This document shows positions 18,304 through 32,449 of a DNA stretch of 64,000 bases, piece after piece (position 1 is the stretch's first letter; each line of letters begins with the position of its first letter). Source of the DNA: Burkholderiales bacterium. GTDB lineage: Bacteria; Pseudomonadota; Gammaproteobacteria; Burkholderiales; SG8-41. Location: positions 83,307 to 147,306 of the forward strand of contig JAIETP010000020.1 of the NCBI GenBank assembly GCA_019744975.1, given 5' to 3'. Under the pieces are notes generated by a model. It was given only the letters and a program-made list of their open reading frames with translations, did no database searches and was not told the origin of the DNA. The translations under genes were made by a program, and so were the position numbers.

Positions 18304-19132
18304 GTAATTCCGGGAATGCGCGTTCGACGCGTGCCCGGTTATGCCCGACTTCAAGCACCAGCCAGCCCTGCGGCGTGAGATGCGCCGCTGCTTCCGCCAG
18401 GATGCGGCGCACGAGATCCAGGCCATCAGTGCCGCCGTGCAGCGCCAGCGCCGGCTCCTTGCGATATTCCGCAGGCAATGTCCGCATCACCGGCTCGCGT
18501 ACGTAAGGTGGATTGCTCAGGATCAGGTCGTAACGTCTGCCGGCGAGGCTGGTGAACAGGTCGGAGCGGATCAGTTGCAGGCGCTGCGTCAGCCGGTGTT
18601 CGCGCACATTGCGCCGTGCTACGGCAAGCGCCGGACTGGAGATGTCGACGCCATCGACCTGTGCACGCGGGAAGGTATGCGCGGCAACGATGGCAAGGCA
18701 GCCAGAGCCGGTGCACAAATCCAGGATTGTTTGCGGCGACTGACGTGGTTTCAGCCACGGTTGCAAACGCGACTGCAGCAGTTCGGCGATGTACGAGCGC
18801 GGCACGATGACACGTTCATCGACATAGAAGCGGTATTCGCCGAGCCAGGCTTCGTGCGTCAGGTAGGCGGCGGGAATACGTTCGCTGATGCGGCGCGCGA
18901 ACAGCTGTTGCGCGCGTCGCGCGATGTTTGCGGGCAGAGGCTGGTCGAGTCGTGCGGCGAGGTCTTCAAACGGACAACCCAGCGCATGCACCATCAGCCA
19001 GGCGGCTTCATCATCAGCGTTGAGCGTGCCGTGGCCGTAGGCGAGGCGGGCGCTGCGAAAATGTCTGGCGGCTTCGGCGATCAGTTGCCGCGGGGTGTTT
19101 GGCGGTGCGGTGGGTGTTGACGCGCGGGACAC
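18164..19132 (-). CDS. prmB: 50S ribosomal protein L3 N5-glutamine methyltransferase
   Basis: YGHGTLNADDEAAWL, FYVDERVIVPRSYIAE, LDLCTGSGC, NPPY. Confidence 0.93.
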   Translation of the reverse strand: MSRASTPTAPPNTPRQLIAEAARHFRSARLAYGHGTLNADDEAAWLMVHALGCPFEDLAARLDQPLPANIARRAQQLFARRISERIPAAYLTHEAWLGEYRFYVDERVIVPRSYIAELLQSRLQPWLKPRQSPQTILDLCTGSGCLAIVAAHTFPRAQVDGVDISSPALAVARRNVREHRLTQRLQLIRSDLFTSLAGRRYDLILSNPPYVREPVMRTLPAEYRKEPALALHGGTDGLDLVRRILAEAAAHLTPQGWLVLEVGHNRARVERAFPELPMIWAETSGGDDCVLLLQRAALAALPSAPAPKPRPAVVRRRRTPAQ

Positions 19133-19139
19133 TTAAAAT

Positions 19140-19161
19140 ATCAATAAAAACAAATACTTAT
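19140..19161 (+). repeat. Dispersed AT-rich IHF-like motif, copy 3 (ATCAATAAAAACAAATACTTAT)
   Basis: 21/22 identical to copy 1; in the pilU-prmB spacer. Confidence 0.78.
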
Positions 19162-19198
19162 GTGCAATTCAGGCGTTTTGCTTATTCAGCCTGCTTAT

Positions 19199-20365
19199 TC
19201 AGCCCAACGCATCAAGGTTGAGTTTGATGCTCGACAGGTCATCGTTGATGCCGCTGGTGGTCCGGCCGTTTTCACCGGGCGGCGGGGTGTTCGCCGCGCT
19301 TCCGCCCTTGGGCGCGTTACTGATCAGATTGTGCAGATTGCTCGGCGAGTCGGCGTTGGCCAGCGCCTCTTCCATGGTGATGCGACCGGCCCGGTAATGT
19401 TCGAACAAGGCCTGCTCGAAGGTTTTTGATCCCGGCGACAGGCTTTGCTCCATCGCGTCCTTGATCTGGTTGATCTCGCCGGACTTGATCAGTTCCTGGA
19501 TGTGTTTGGTATTGAGCATGACCTCGACCGCGGCAACACGTTTGCCGTCGACGGATTTGACCAGGCGCTGCGAGATCACGCAGCGCAGCGCGATCGACAG
19601 GTCGGCCTGCAGGCTCTCGCGCGCTTCGCGCGGGAAAAAACCGATGATGCGGTTCAGCGCGTTGTAACTGTTGTTGGCATGCAGCGTGGACATGCACAGA
19701 TGTCCCGTCTGTGCGAACAGCAGCGAGCTCTGCAGCGTTTCGCGGTCGCGGATTTCGCCGACCATCAGCAGGTCGGGGGCCTCGCGCATCGCGCTGATCA
19801 GCGCATTTTCGTAGGTATGGGTGTCGACTCGGACTTCACGCTGGTTGACGATGGATTTTTTGTGTTTGAAGATGAATTCCACCGGATCTTCGATGGTCAG
19901 GATGTGGCCGGTCTTGATGGTGTTGCGGTAATCGATCATCGAGGCCATGGTGGTCGATTTGCCTGAACCGGTGGAACCGACAATCAGGATCAGCCCCAGC
20001 TTTTCCATGATCACTTCTTTCAGCACATCCGGCAGGCCCAGGGAGTCGAAGGCCGGCACATCAGGCTTGACGAAACGGATCACCATCGCCACGGTGTTTT
20101 TCTGTTGGAAAATGTTGATGCGGAAATTGCCGAGTTCGCCGCCGCTCTGGGCGAAATTCATTTCGTGCCTGGTCTCGAATTCCTTGATCTGTGGCTCGGT
20201 CATCAGCTCGTAACTGATCTTTTTGACCTGCTCGGGATCCAGCGGCTGGTTGTTGATCGGCATCACGGTGCCGTTGATCTTGATCTGGATCGGGGCGCCG
20301 GAGGTGAAAAACATGTCCGACGCCTGCTTGTCGGCCATCAATTTGAACAGTGGTGTGACGAACAT
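19199..20365 (-). CDS. pilU: PilT/PilU-family type IV pilus retraction ATPase (PilU-like)
   Basis: GSTGSGKST, TIEDPVE, GEIRD, TGHLCMSTLHANN. Confidence 0.8.
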   Translation of the reverse strand: MFVTPLFKLMADKQASDMFFTSGAPIQIKINGTVMPINNQPLDPEQVKKISYELMTEPQIKEFETRHEMNFAQSGGELGNFRINIFQQKNTVAMVIRFVKPDVPAFDSLGLPDVLKEVIMEKLGLILIVGSTGSGKSTTMASMIDYRNTIKTGHILTIEDPVEFIFKHKKSIVNQREVRVDTHTYENALISAMREAPDLLMVGEIRDRETLQSSLLFAQTGHLCMSTLHANNSYNALNRIIGFFPREARESLQADLSIALRCVISQRLVKSVDGKRVAAVEVMLNTKHIQELIKSGEINQIKDAMEQSLSPGSKTFEQALFEHYRAGRITMEEALANADSPSNLHNLISNAPKGGSAANTPPPGENGRTTSGINDDLSSIKLNLDALG

Positions 20366-20473
20366 GGTGTTTCCCCTGTTGGCGCCGTATTCGGCGTTCA
20401 GACCATTTCAGCTCATTTTGCCAACTATACCCGGCCTTGCAAAGCATTGTCGGCGCGGCTGCGAGCCGCTTGT

Positions 20474-21298
20474 TTAATCGTCGCTGCGCAGCAGATCGTT
20501 GATGCTGGTTTTGGCGCGGGTTTTGGCGTCCACCCGTTTGACGATGACTGCGCAGTAAAGGCTGCACTTGCCGTCGGACGAGGGCAGCGAGCCCGAGACC
20601 ACGACAGATCCGGCAGGTACGCGACCGTACAGCACCTTGCCCGAGGCGCGGTCATAAATCTTGGTGCTCTGGCCGATGAACACCCCCATCGAAATCACCG
20701 AACCTTCCTCGACCACCACGCCTTCAACGATTTCCGAGCGTGCGCCGACGAAACAGTTGTCCTCGATGATGGTCGGGTTGGCCTGCAACGGCTCCAGCAC
20801 GCCGCCGATGCCGACGCCACCCGACAGGTGCACGTTTTTGCCGATCTGTGCGCAGGAGCCTACCGTGGCCCAGGTATCGACCATGGTGCCTTCATCGACA
20901 TAGGCGCCGATGTTGACAAAGGACGGCATCAGGATCACGTTTTTGGCGATGAACACGCCCCTGCGGGCGGCAGCAGGGGGCACCACGCGGAAACCACCGG
21001 CCTTGAAGGCGGCCTCGTCGTAGTTGGCAAATTTCGGCGCGACCTTGTCGTAATAACGCGTAGTGCCGTCCTGCATCACCACGTTGTCCTGAAGGCGGAA
21101 CGACAGCAGCACGGCTTTTTTCGCCCATTCATTGGTCTGCCATTGACCATCGCGCTTTTCGGCGACGCGCAGGGTGCCGGCGTCAAGCATGGCGATGGTG
21201 TCATCGACGGCGCGGCGTACGTCGGCGGGGGCGGTGGCGGGTGACAACGAGGCACGGTTTTCCCAGGCTTGTTCGATGGTGTTTTGCAGTTTTTGCAT
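20474..21298 (-). CDS. dapD: Tetrahydrodipicolinate N-succinyltransferase
   Basis: [39 protein letters not shown]. Confidence 0.97.
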   Translation of the reverse strand: MQKLQNTIEQAWENRASLSPATAPADVRRAVDDTIAMLDAGTLRVAEKRDGQWQTNEWAKKAVLLSFRLQDNVVMQDGTTRYYDKVAPKFANYDEAAFKAGGFRVVPPAAARRGVFIAKNVILMPSFVNIGAYVDEGTMVDTWATVGSCAQIGKNVHLSGGVGIGGVLEPLQANPTIIEDNCFVGARSEIVEGVVVEEGSVISMGVFIGQSTKIYDRASGKVLYGRVPAGSVVVSGSLPSSDGKCSLYCAVIVKRVDAKTRAKTSINDLLRSDD

Positions 21299-21331
21299 GT
21301 CCGGTTCCTTTTTTACAATGAGGCGGCAGGA

Positions 21332-22525
21332 TTACAACGAGGCCGCAAAGCGCCGCAGGCGGTGCGCCGCTTCCACACATTCGGCTACGGTGGCGACCAA
21401 TGCGATGCGGATGCGATGGGCACCCGGGTTGATGCCGCGCGCTTCGCGGGCCAGATAACTCCCGGGCAGCACGCTGATGCCTTCGGTCTCGTGCAGGCGG
21501 CGGGTGAATTCAAGATCGTCGATCGGCGTCTTCAACCACAGGTAAAACGCGGCGTCCGGCCATTCCGCCGGGAGTTCCGGTCGCAGAATGTCGATCACGG
21601 CCTTGAATTTTTCCCGGTACAGCGCGCGGTTGGCCACGACATGTTTCTCGTCCTGCCAGGCAGCGACACTTGCGGCCTGCAGCGGCGGGCTCATCGCGCC
21701 GCCGTGATAGCTGCGGTAGAGATAAAACTTTTTGATGATCGCGGCGTCGCCGGCGACAAACCCTGAACGCATGCCCGGCACGTTGGAGCGTTTCGACAGG
21801 CTGGAGAATACGACCAGGTTGCGGAAATCGGCGCGGCCGAGTTGTGCCGCCGCGGCCAGTGCACCCAGCGGCGGTTTGGTTTCGTCGAAATAAATTTCCG
21901 AATAACACTCATCGGCTGCAATGACGCACTGGTAACGGTCCGCGTATTCGAACAGTCGCCGCCAGTCTTCCAGCGTCAATACCTTGCCCGTGGGATTGCC
22001 GGGGGAGCAGACATACATCAACTGTGCGCGGCGCCAGACGGTTTCCGGCAACTGGCCCAGATCAAAGGCGAAGTTGTCTGCGGACAGGGTATTGATGAAC
22101 TCCAGCTGCGCACCGGCGAGCAGCGCCGCACCCTCGTAGATTTGATAAAACGGATTGGGGCAGATCACCGTCGGTGACGGGCGACTGCTGTCGATCACGG
22201 ATTGGGCGAAGGCAAACAGTGCTTCACGGCTGCCGTTGACCGGCAGCACCTGTGTTGCCGGGTCGGGTTGCGGAATCGCATAACGTCTGGCGATCCAATG
22301 GGCAATGGCCAGGCGCAGCGCATCGCTGCCCAGCGTGAGCGGATAACGGGACAGGCCGTCGAGGTTGGCGACCAGCGTGTCGCGTATAAAAGCCGGCGTC
22401 GGGTGTTTGGGTTCGCCGATATGCAGATTGACCGGTTTGACGGAGGCGGGTGGTTGATGGCCGGCAAGCAGCGCAGTGAGGCGCTGAAACGGGTAACTCT
22501 GCAGCAGTTCGAGGCGGGGGTTCAA
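21332..22525 (-). CDS. dapC: Succinyldiaminopimelate transaminase
   Basis: MNPRLELLQSYPFQRL, CSPGNPTG, SLSKRSNVPGMRSG (PLP Lys); adjacent to dapD; TTG start. Confidence 0.92.
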   Translation of the reverse strand: MNPRLELLQSYPFQRLTALLAGHQPPASVKPVNLHIGEPKHPTPAFIRDTLVANLDGLSRYPLTLGSDALRLAIAHWIARRYAIPQPDPATQVLPVNGSREALFAFAQSVIDSSRPSPTVICPNPFYQIYEGAALLAGAQLEFINTLSADNFAFDLGQLPETVWRRAQLMYVCSPGNPTGKVLTLEDWRRLFEYADRYQCVIAADECYSEIYFDETKPPLGALAAAAQLGRADFRNLVVFSSLSKRSNVPGMRSGFVAGDAAIIKKFYLYRSYHGGAMSPPLQAASVAAWQDEKHVVANRALYREKFKAVIDILRPELPAEWPDAAFYLWLKTPIDDLEFTRRLHETEGISVLPGSYLAREARGINPGAHRIRIALVATVAECVEAAHRLRRFAASL

Positions 22526-22536
22526 CTCGAATTCCG

Positions 22537-22953
22537 TCAGCGGGTCGGTGATCCGGGTTCGAGCAGCGGCAGATCCGGTACGCGGGCAAGCCGGAAACCG
22601 CGCTGCGCATGCTGGGCGCTGACCGTGGTGAAAATGCCGCCGCGCACATAGAACCGTGCAGTCAGGTGCATATAGCGTGGTTTGGTGGCCCGTACCAGGT
22701 CATCAAGGATCTGGTTGGTTACCGCTTCGTGGAACGCACCCTGATTGCGGAACGACCAGACGTAGAGTTTCAGGCTTTTCAGTTCGATACAGCGCTTGTC
22801 GGGCACGTAATCGAGGATCAGTGTGGCGAAGTCGGGTTGCCCGGTTTTCGGGCAAAGGCACGTAAACTCCGGTATTTCCATGTGAATCCGGAAATCGCGC
22901 GCCGGTGCCGGATTGGGAAATGTCTCGAGTTTGCGGGATGGCTGCGTGCTCAT
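22537..22953 (-). CDS. queF: preQ1 synthase, short (unimodular) form
   Basis: [27 protein letters not shown]. Confidence 0.93.
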   Translation of the reverse strand: MSTQPSRKLETFPNPAPARDFRIHMEIPEFTCLCPKTGQPDFATLILDYVPDKRCIELKSLKLYVWSFRNQGAFHEAVTNQILDDLVRATKPRYMHLTARFYVRGGIFTTVSAQHAQRGFRLARVPDLPLLEPGSPTR

Positions 22954-23082
22954 TTAGCGGCCTGTTTAATTCGCTTTATCAATTTGCGCCGTACCAATTT
23001 GATGAGTCAATTCAGTTAAAATGCGCGCTGAATTCTACCTGTTTGGCTTCGCTACACAACTTTTTCTTGGCAGAACAGCACC

Positions 23083-26000
23083 TTGCGCCTCAAGCAAATC
23101 AATCTCGCCGGTTTCAAGTCCTTCGTAGACCCCACCCATATCCCCGTGCCGGGGCAACTGGTGGGTGTGGTCGGGCCCAACGGCTGCGGCAAATCAAACA
23201 TCATCGACGCCGTACGCTGGGTGCTTGGCGAGACTTCGGCAAAACACCTGCGCGGCACAACCATGCAGGACGTGCTGTTCAACGGATCCGGCGACAGGAA
23301 GCCGGTTAATCGCGCCACCGTTGAGCTGGTGTTCGACAACAGCCTGGGCAAGGCGGCGGGTCAGTGGTCGAGTTATGCCGAGATTTCGGTCAAGCGCATG
23401 CTCGAACGGGACGGTGATTCCTCGTATTACATCAACAACACCCATGTCCGGCGCCGCGACATTGCCGACATTTTCCTCGGCACCGGGCTCGGCAGCCGTG
23501 CCTATGCGATCATCGAACAGGGCATGATTTCGCGGGTCATCGAGGCCAAGCCGGAAGAGTTGCGGGTATTCCTCGAAGAGGCTGCCGGCGTATCCAAGTA
23601 CCGCGAACGCCGCCGCGAAACCGAATTGCGCCTGCGCGATACCCGCGAAAATCTGGCGCGGGTTGACGACATTCGCCTGGAACTCGACAAACAATTGACC
23701 CACTTGCAGGGGCAGGCTGAAGTCGCCACCCGTTATCATGCCTTGCAGACGCAGGTGGCCGGCACCCAGCATCTGCTGTGGTTCGCGCGCCGGCAGGAAT
23801 CGGCGGCAACCCGCAACCGCCATGCGCGGGACATCGAAAAACTGGGCAACGAACTCGAAGCCGAAACCGCGCGCCTGCGCGACGCCGAGCGTCGCCTCGA
23901 AGAATTGCGCAACCAGCATTATCGTGCCGGCGACGAGGTGCATGCGGCGCAGGGTGCCTTGTATGAAACCAATGCCGAGATCGCGCGCCTGGAACAACAG
24001 ATCGCGCACATTCGCGAAAACCGCAGCCGTGTCGAACAGCAGATCGGCAGCCTGGGCAATCAGTTGGGCGCCGCTGAAGCGCAACTCGCGGAGTCGCAGT
24101 CGAGCCTGACCGAATGGCGGGGCGAACACGCGCAGGCGCAGACCAGGATCGGTGTTTGTGAGGCGCGGATTGCCGAGGAACGGGCCAAACTGCCGCTGGC
24201 CGAAGAAGCCTGGCGCGCGACCAGTGCGCGGCGTGATGAATTGCAGCAGGCGATGGGGCGCGCCGAACAGTCGCGTCAGGTCGAACAGACCAAACTCAAC
24301 CACGCGACGCAGGTGCTGGAGCGGCTTTCCGCGCGCGATGCCCGCCTGCACGAGGAACAGAATAATCTAGAAAAACCCGATACCGCGGCGCTCGACGCGT
24401 TGCAGTCGCAGATCGGCGGCATTGCCGCGGAACTGGCCGCCCGCCGCGAAGCGGTGGCGGTGAAGGAGCGCGAACTGCCGCAGCTGGAGCGGGAACTGGA
24501 GCAACGCACGGCTGCAGTGGATCAGGCGGTGCAGAGCGTCACGGCGATGGAGGCGCGCGCCGAGGCGCTGCGCCAGTTGCAGGACAAGCTGGCGCATGGT
24601 TCGGATCTTGATGACTGGATCGCGGCGCACGGCCTCGATGGCGCCACGCGGCTGTGGCAGGGCATCAGCATCGAAGCCGGTTACGAGGATGCGCTCGAAG
24701 CGGTGCTGCGTGAGCGCCTGAACGCGGTTACGCTCGATGGCCTGGAAACCTGTGGCAGCTGGAATGATGTACCGCCGGGCAAGCTGGCGGTGGCCGAAAT
24801 TGGTGACGGCGTTGATGCGGGGGCCACGGCGCCGATGCCGGCGCGTGCAACGCCGCTGGCGCGTTTTGTCACCTGTCGTGATCAACGGCTGGCCGCGGCG
24901 CTGGCGGACTGGCTGCACGGCGCGTTTGTCGTCGAAGATCTGGCGGCAGGGCTGGCGCTGCGCGCGCAGCTGGCGCCGGGAGCGATGCTGGTATCGCGCG
25001 ACGCTTACCTGTTCACCCGGCACAGCCTGACCTTTCATGCGCCGGACTCGGAATTGCACGGCGTGTTGTCGCGGCAACGCGAAATCGAAGTGCTGGACGT
25101 TGATGTCGCCGGCAAAAAAAGCGCCATTGATGCCTTGCGCGCCGCGGTTGACGGGCAGGCGGCGCATATCGCCGCTGAAAAAGCCACGCTGGGCGCATTG
25201 CGCGAGGAAGTCAGCGGGCTGCAGCAGAAACACCATGCGCTGCAGATGGAAGGTGTGCGGCTGACCGAACAGACCCAGCGGCTGACGCAGCGTGGTGAGC
25301 AGATTGCCGCGGAATTGGCCGAGATCTCGGAGCAGGCCGCCGCGGAGACCGCGCATCGTGCAGAGGCAACGGCCAGGCTTGCGCGGTTTGGCGAAGAAGC
25401 CGGCGGTTTTGCGCGTGAACTGGAACTGGCGCTGGATCTGTACCGCCGTGCGCAGTCCGTGCTTGACCAGCAGCGGGAAACGGCGCAACTGGCCGACCGC
25501 GAACTGCAGGAGGCCGTATTCCAGGGCAAGACCTCGTCGAACAAGATTGCTGAAATCGAGCGGGTGATTGCCGCGGTCGCTGACAACATCGAACGCCTGC
25601 GCCAGGGGCTGGCCGGCGAGCAGGAAGCCCTGTCGCGGCTGGACGAGTCACCATGGCAGAGCCAGTTGCAGATCGCGCTGTCGCTGCGCGGCACGAAAGA
25701 GCAGGCGCTGGCCCAGGCCCGCGATGCGCTGGAAGCGACGGAAGCGCAACTGAAGGCGGTCGAGCAGGAACGCATGGAAGCCGAGCAGAGGCTTGCGCCG
25801 CTGCGTGACCGCATCAACGAAGTGAAACTGAAGGAACAGGAAGCGCGGATCAACGAAGAACAGTACGCGCAACAGTTGGCGGAGGCCGGTGCGGACGAAA
25901 CGGTCCTGGCCCAGCAACTGGAAAAAGGCCAGCGCGCGAGCTCGCTGCAGTCCGAGATCAACCGGTTGAACGCGGAAATCAAGGAGCTGGGCGCGGTGAA

Positions 26001-26607
26001 TCTGGCGGCGCTGGAAGAGCTGGGCGTGGCGCAGGAGCGCAAGACTTATCTGGACGCGCAGTCGGAAGACCTGACCTCGGCGATGAACACGCTGGAAGAC
26101 GCCATCCGCCGCATCGACCGTGAAACCCGGGAACGCCTGCAGTCGACGTTTGACGAGGTCAACGCCCATTTCTCGAAAATGTTCCCCGCGCTGTTCGGCG
26201 GCGGCAATGCCAAGCTGCTGCTGACCGGCGAGGAAATTCTTGATTGCGGCGTCCAGGTCATTGCCCAGCCGCCGGGCAAGAAAAACAGTTCGATCCACCT
26301 GCTGTCCGGTGGCGAGAAAGCGCTGACCGCGATGGCGCTGGTATTTTCAATATTCAAGCTGAACCCGGCGCCGTTCTGCATGCTGGATGAGGTCGACGCG
26401 CCGCTTGATGACCACAACACCGGACGTTTCTGCGAACTGGTGAAAAAAATGTCCGAACAGTCGCAGTTCGTGTTCATCAGCCACAACAAGATCACCATGG
26501 AACTCGCCAATCAGCTGCTCGGCATCACCATGCAGGAGCCGGGGGTGTCGCGGGTCGTGGCGGTGGATATCGACGCCGCGATGAAACTCACCGAAGAAGC
26601 GGCTTGA
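23083..26607 (+). CDS. smc: Chromosome segregation protein SMC
   Basis: GPNGCGKS Walker A, long coiled coils with hinge, LSGGEK signature, LDEVDAPLD. Confidence 0.97.
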   Translation: MRLKQINLAGFKSFVDPTHIPVPGQLVGVVGPNGCGKSNIIDAVRWVLGETSAKHLRGTTMQDVLFNGSGDRKPVNRATVELVFDNSLGKAAGQWSSYAEISVKRMLERDGDSSYYINNTHVRRRDIADIFLGTGLGSRAYAIIEQGMISRVIEAKPEELRVFLEEAAGVSKYRERRRETELRLRDTRENLARVDDIRLELDKQLTHLQGQAEVATRYHALQTQVAGTQHLLWFARRQESAATRNRHARDIEKLGNELEAETARLRDAERRLEELRNQHYRAGDEVHAAQGALYETNAEIARLEQQIAHIRENRSRVEQQIGSLGNQLGAAEAQLAESQSSLTEWRGEHAQAQTRIGVCEARIAEERAKLPLAEEAWRATSARRDELQQAMGRAEQSRQVEQTKLNHATQVLERLSARDARLHEEQNNLEKPDTAALDALQSQIGGIAAELAARREAVAVKERELPQLERELEQRTAAVDQAVQSVTAMEARAEALRQLQDKLAHGSDLDDWIAAHGLDGATRLWQGISIEAGYEDALEAVLRERLNAVTLDGLETCGSWNDVPPGKLAVAEIGDGVDAGATAPMPARATPLARFVTCRDQRLAAALADWLHGAFVVEDLAAGLALRAQLAPGAMLVSRDAYLFTRHSLTFHAPDSELHGVLSRQREIEVLDVDVAGKKSAIDALRAAVDGQAAHIAAEKATLGALREEVSGLQQKHHALQMEGVRLTEQTQRLTQRGEQIAAELAEISEQAAAETAHRAEATARLARFGEEAGGFARELELALDLYRRAQSVLDQQRETAQLADRELQEAVFQGKTSSNKIAEIERVIAAVADNIERLRQGLAGEQEALSRLDESPWQSQLQIALSLRGTKEQALAQARDALEATEAQLKAVEQERMEAEQRLAPLRDRINEVKLKEQEARINEEQYAQQLAEAGADETVLAQQLEKGQRASSLQSEINRLNAEIKELGAVNLAALEELGVAQERKTYLDAQSEDLTSAMNTLEDAIRRIDRETRERLQSTFDEVNAHFSKMFPALFGGGNAKLLLTGEEILDCGVQVIAQPPGKKNSSIHLLSGGEKALTAMALVFSIFKLNPAPFCMLDEVDAPLDDHNTGRFCELVKKMSEQSQFVFISHNKITMELANQLLGITMQEPGVSRVVAVDIDAAMKLTEEAA

Positions 26608-26622
26608 GGAGCTGACCCCTTC

Positions 26623-29765
<3,143 letters not shown>

Positions 29766-29779
29766 CCGGAGCGCAAGCA

Positions 29780-30670
29780 GTGAAAGGATTTCCGTTGAAA
29801 CGCATATCCATCCGCAAGGCGGTGTTTCCGGTGGCCGGACTGGGCACCCGTTTTTTGCCGGCAACCAAGGCCAGTCCGAAAGAGATGTTGCCTGTCGTCG
29901 ACAAACCGCTGATCCAATACGCGGTGGAAGAGGCGATTGTGGCCGGGGTGACCGAGCTGATTTTTGTCACCGGCCGTGGCAAACGCGCGATCGAGGACCA
30001 TTTCGACCAGGCGGTCGAGCTGGAAATGGCGCTGGAACAGAATGGCCGGACCCAATTGCTGGCGGAAGTGCGTGCAATATTGCCCCGCAACGTCAATTGT
30101 TTATTCGTGCGCCAGGCGCAGCCGCTGGGGCTGGGCCATGCGGTGCTGTGTGCGTGGCCTGCCGTAGGCAACGAACCGTTTGCGGTGTTGCTGGCCGATG
30201 ACCTGATCGATGCGCACAAGCCGGTGCTGGCGCAGATGGAGCGCCTGCACCGGACGAATGGCGCCTCGGTGATTGCCGTGCAGCAGGTGCCCAAAGCGGA
30301 AATTTCCCGCTATGGCGTGGTTGCAGTGCCGCCGCGTTCGCGTTCGCCGCATCAGATCAGCGGCATTGTCGAAAAACCGCCGGCAGCGAAGGCGCCGTCT
30401 CGTCTGGGGGTGGTCGGGCGTTATATCCTGACGCCACGCATATTCACCGAGTTGTCCGGTTCCAGGGCTGGTGCCGGCGGCGAAATCCAGTTGACCGATG
30501 CCATTGCGCGACTGCAACGCCGTGAAACCGTGCTGGCCTATGAATTCGAAGGCCGTCGTTATGACTGCGGCAGCAAGCTCGGTTATCTGGAGGCGAACGT
30601 GGAATTGGCAAAAAAACATCCGGAAATCGGCGCGGCGTTCAGACGTTATCTGCGGCGCTTGCCGGCCTGA
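29780..30670 (+). CDS. galU: UTP-glucose-1-phosphate uridylyltransferase
   Basis: [43 protein letters not shown]; start may be TTG 29795. Confidence 0.95.
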   Translation: MKGFPLKRISIRKAVFPVAGLGTRFLPATKASPKEMLPVVDKPLIQYAVEEAIVAGVTELIFVTGRGKRAIEDHFDQAVELEMALEQNGRTQLLAEVRAILPRNVNCLFVRQAQPLGLGHAVLCAWPAVGNEPFAVLLADDLIDAHKPVLAQMERLHRTNGASVIAVQQVPKAEISRYGVVAVPPRSRSPHQISGIVEKPPAAKAPSRLGVVGRYILTPRIFTELSGSRAGAGGEIQLTDAIARLQRRETVLAYEFEGRRYDCGSKLGYLEANVELAKKHPEIGAAFRRYLRRLPA

Positions 30671-30693
30671 GCGGGGCGTCGCGGTCGTCCGGA

Positions 30694-30699
30694 TATAAT
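30694..30699 (+). promoter_or_regulatory. Perfect sigma70 -10 hexamer (TATAAT) upstream of the dsrE-like operon
   Basis: TATAAT about 45 bp before ATG 30744 in a GC-rich spacer; no clear -35. Confidence 0.4.
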
Positions 30700-30743
30700 C
30701 AGCGGCCGGCATTTCGCACTGAATTTTTCAGTCAGGGTATTAC

Positions 30744-31112
30744 ATGGCAAGCAAACTGATGATCATCATGGTCAATACCGACCCGTCCAATGTGCCGGAA
30801 CTGGGTGCGCCGTTTTTCCAGGCCACGGTGGCGGCTGCGATGGATTACGAAGTCGAGGTGATCCTGACCGCACGAGCCGGAGAACTGGCGAAAAAGGGCG
30901 TCGCCGAAAAATTGTTTGTCACCAAAGACGCGCCGAAGAGTGTTTATGATTACATCAAGGATGCGCATGAGGCGGGTGTGCGGTTCAAGGTCTGCACCCC
31001 GACACTGGAATTGTGGGGTGACGACCTGATTCCGGAGATTGATGAAATCATCGGCGGTGCCTATGTGATCGAGCAGGCCATGGACGACGATGTCGTCACC
31101 TTCACTTATTGA
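30744..31112 (+). CDS. DsrE/DsrF-like family protein
   Basis: 122 aa, GAPFFQATVAAAMDYEVEVILT, single Cys in FKVCTP, ends TFTY. Confidence 0.75.
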   Translation: MASKLMIIMVNTDPSNVPELGAPFFQATVAAAMDYEVEVILTARAGELAKKGVAEKLFVTKDAPKSVYDYIKDAHEAGVRFKVCTPTLELWGDDLIPEIDEIIGGAYVIEQAMDDDVVTFTY

Positions 31113-31692
31113 TGCCCGGCCTTTGCAATCTTCACCCGCTGAAGCCAGGGCCTTGCTGGCACGCGCCGAACAACTGCTTGCCCCGGACGCGGTCGAACAG
31201 GCGGTGGCGCGCGTCGCCGGTGAAATTACAACTGCGCTGGGTGAGGCGCAGCCGCTGCTGCTGGCGGTGATGCGCGGCGGCGTGGTGTTCGCCGGGCAGC
31301 TGCTGCCGTTGTTGCGATTTCCGCTGGATTTTGATTATGTTGATGTCACGCGTTACGGCGACGCCACACATGGTGGCGAACTGGACTGGCGCGTGGATGT
31401 GCCGGCGGCGGTGCGGGATCGCACGGTGCTGGTGGTGGATGACATCCTGGACGAAGGACATACGCTGGCGGCGATCCGCCGCCGGCTGCTGGACGCTGGA
31501 GCACGGCGGGTGCTGATCGCGGTGTTTGCGGACAAACAACTGCCTCGTCCCAAACCGGTGGCGGCTGATTTTGCCGGGGTGCAGGTGCCGGATCGTTATG
31601 TGTTCGGATTCGGCATGGATGTGCGCGGCCTGTGGCGCAACCTGCCCGCGGTGTATGCCCTGAACCGTGACGACCAATCGCCCCGGGGCTGA
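31090..31692 (+). CDS. hpt: Hypoxanthine-guanine phosphoribosyltransferase
   Basis: VLVVDDILDEGHTL PRPP motif, VPDRYVFGFGMD; start uncertain. Confidence 0.88.
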   Translation: MSSPSLIDARPLQSSPAEARALLARAEQLLAPDAVEQAVARVAGEITTALGEAQPLLLAVMRGGVVFAGQLLPLLRFPLDFDYVDVTRYGDATHGGELDWRVDVPAAVRDRTVLVVDDILDEGHTLAAIRRRLLDAGARRVLIAVFADKQLPRPKPVAADFAGVQVPDRYVFGFGMDVRGLWRNLPAVYALNRDDQSPRG

Positions 31693-31702
31693 ACGCACCA
31701 AC

Positions 31703-32449
31703 ATGATTGGCATCATCGGCGGCAGCGGACTGAACCGGATCGCGGAATTAGTGACTCCGCGGCGGGTGGTGATGGCTACGCCTTATGGCGAACCCTCGGC
31801 TGCACTGACGGTCGGCAGCCTGCATGGCGTGGAGGTGGTGTTCCTGGCCCGTCATGGTGATGGCCACACCATCGCGCCGCACCGGATCAATTACCGGGCC
31901 AATATCTGGGCCTTGCATGCGCAGGGTGTGCGCGAGGTCATCGCGGTGACAACAGTCGGTGGCATTCGTGAAGGCCTCGATCCGGGGGCGCTGGTGGCGC
32001 CGGACCAGATCATCGACTACACCCATGGCCGGGAAAGCACGTTTTTTGACGGGGTTGCGCAACCGCTGCAGCACATTGATTTCACGCGACCCTTCCACGG
32101 CCCGATGCGCAGCCGCCTGCTGCAGGCCGGCGCCGCTGCGGGTGAAGTGCTGCGCGACGGCGGTGTTTACGGGGCGACGCAGGGGCCGCGCCTGGAAACC
32201 GCCGCGGAAATAGAGCGCATGGCACGGGACGGTGCCGATGTCGTCGGCATGACCGGCATGCCGGAGGCGGCGCTGGCGCGCGAGATCGGGATTGATTACG
32301 CGATGCTGTGTGTGGTGGTCAACGCGGCGGCCGGGCGCGGCAGCAATATTGAAGGTGTGGCGATGGCCGAAATCACCGCGGTGGCGGAAGCGGCGATGCG
32401 GCGTGTCGCCATCATTCTTGGCGGCGTGGCGCAACGTTATGGCCGTTAG
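31703..32449 (+). CDS. S-methyl-5'-thioinosine/thioadenosine phosphorylase (PNP/MTAP family)
   Basis: [43 protein letters not shown]; start revised to 31703. Confidence 0.88.
   Translation: MIGIIGGSGLNRIAELVTPRRVVMATPYGEPSAALTVGSLHGVEVVFLARHGDGHTIAPHRINYRANIWALHAQGVREVIAVTTVGGIREGLDPGALVAPDQIIDYTHGRESTFFDGVAQPLQHIDFTRPFHGPMRSRLLQAGAAAGEVLRDGGVYGATQGPRLETAAEIERMARDGADVVGMTGMPEAALAREIGIDYAMLCVVVNAAAGRGSNIEGVAMAEITAVAEAAMRRVAIILGGVAQRYGR

Noticed and set aside
22537-22953. Short-form QueF instead of the long bimodular form
   Set aside because: Both forms are known and widespread; not unusual enough
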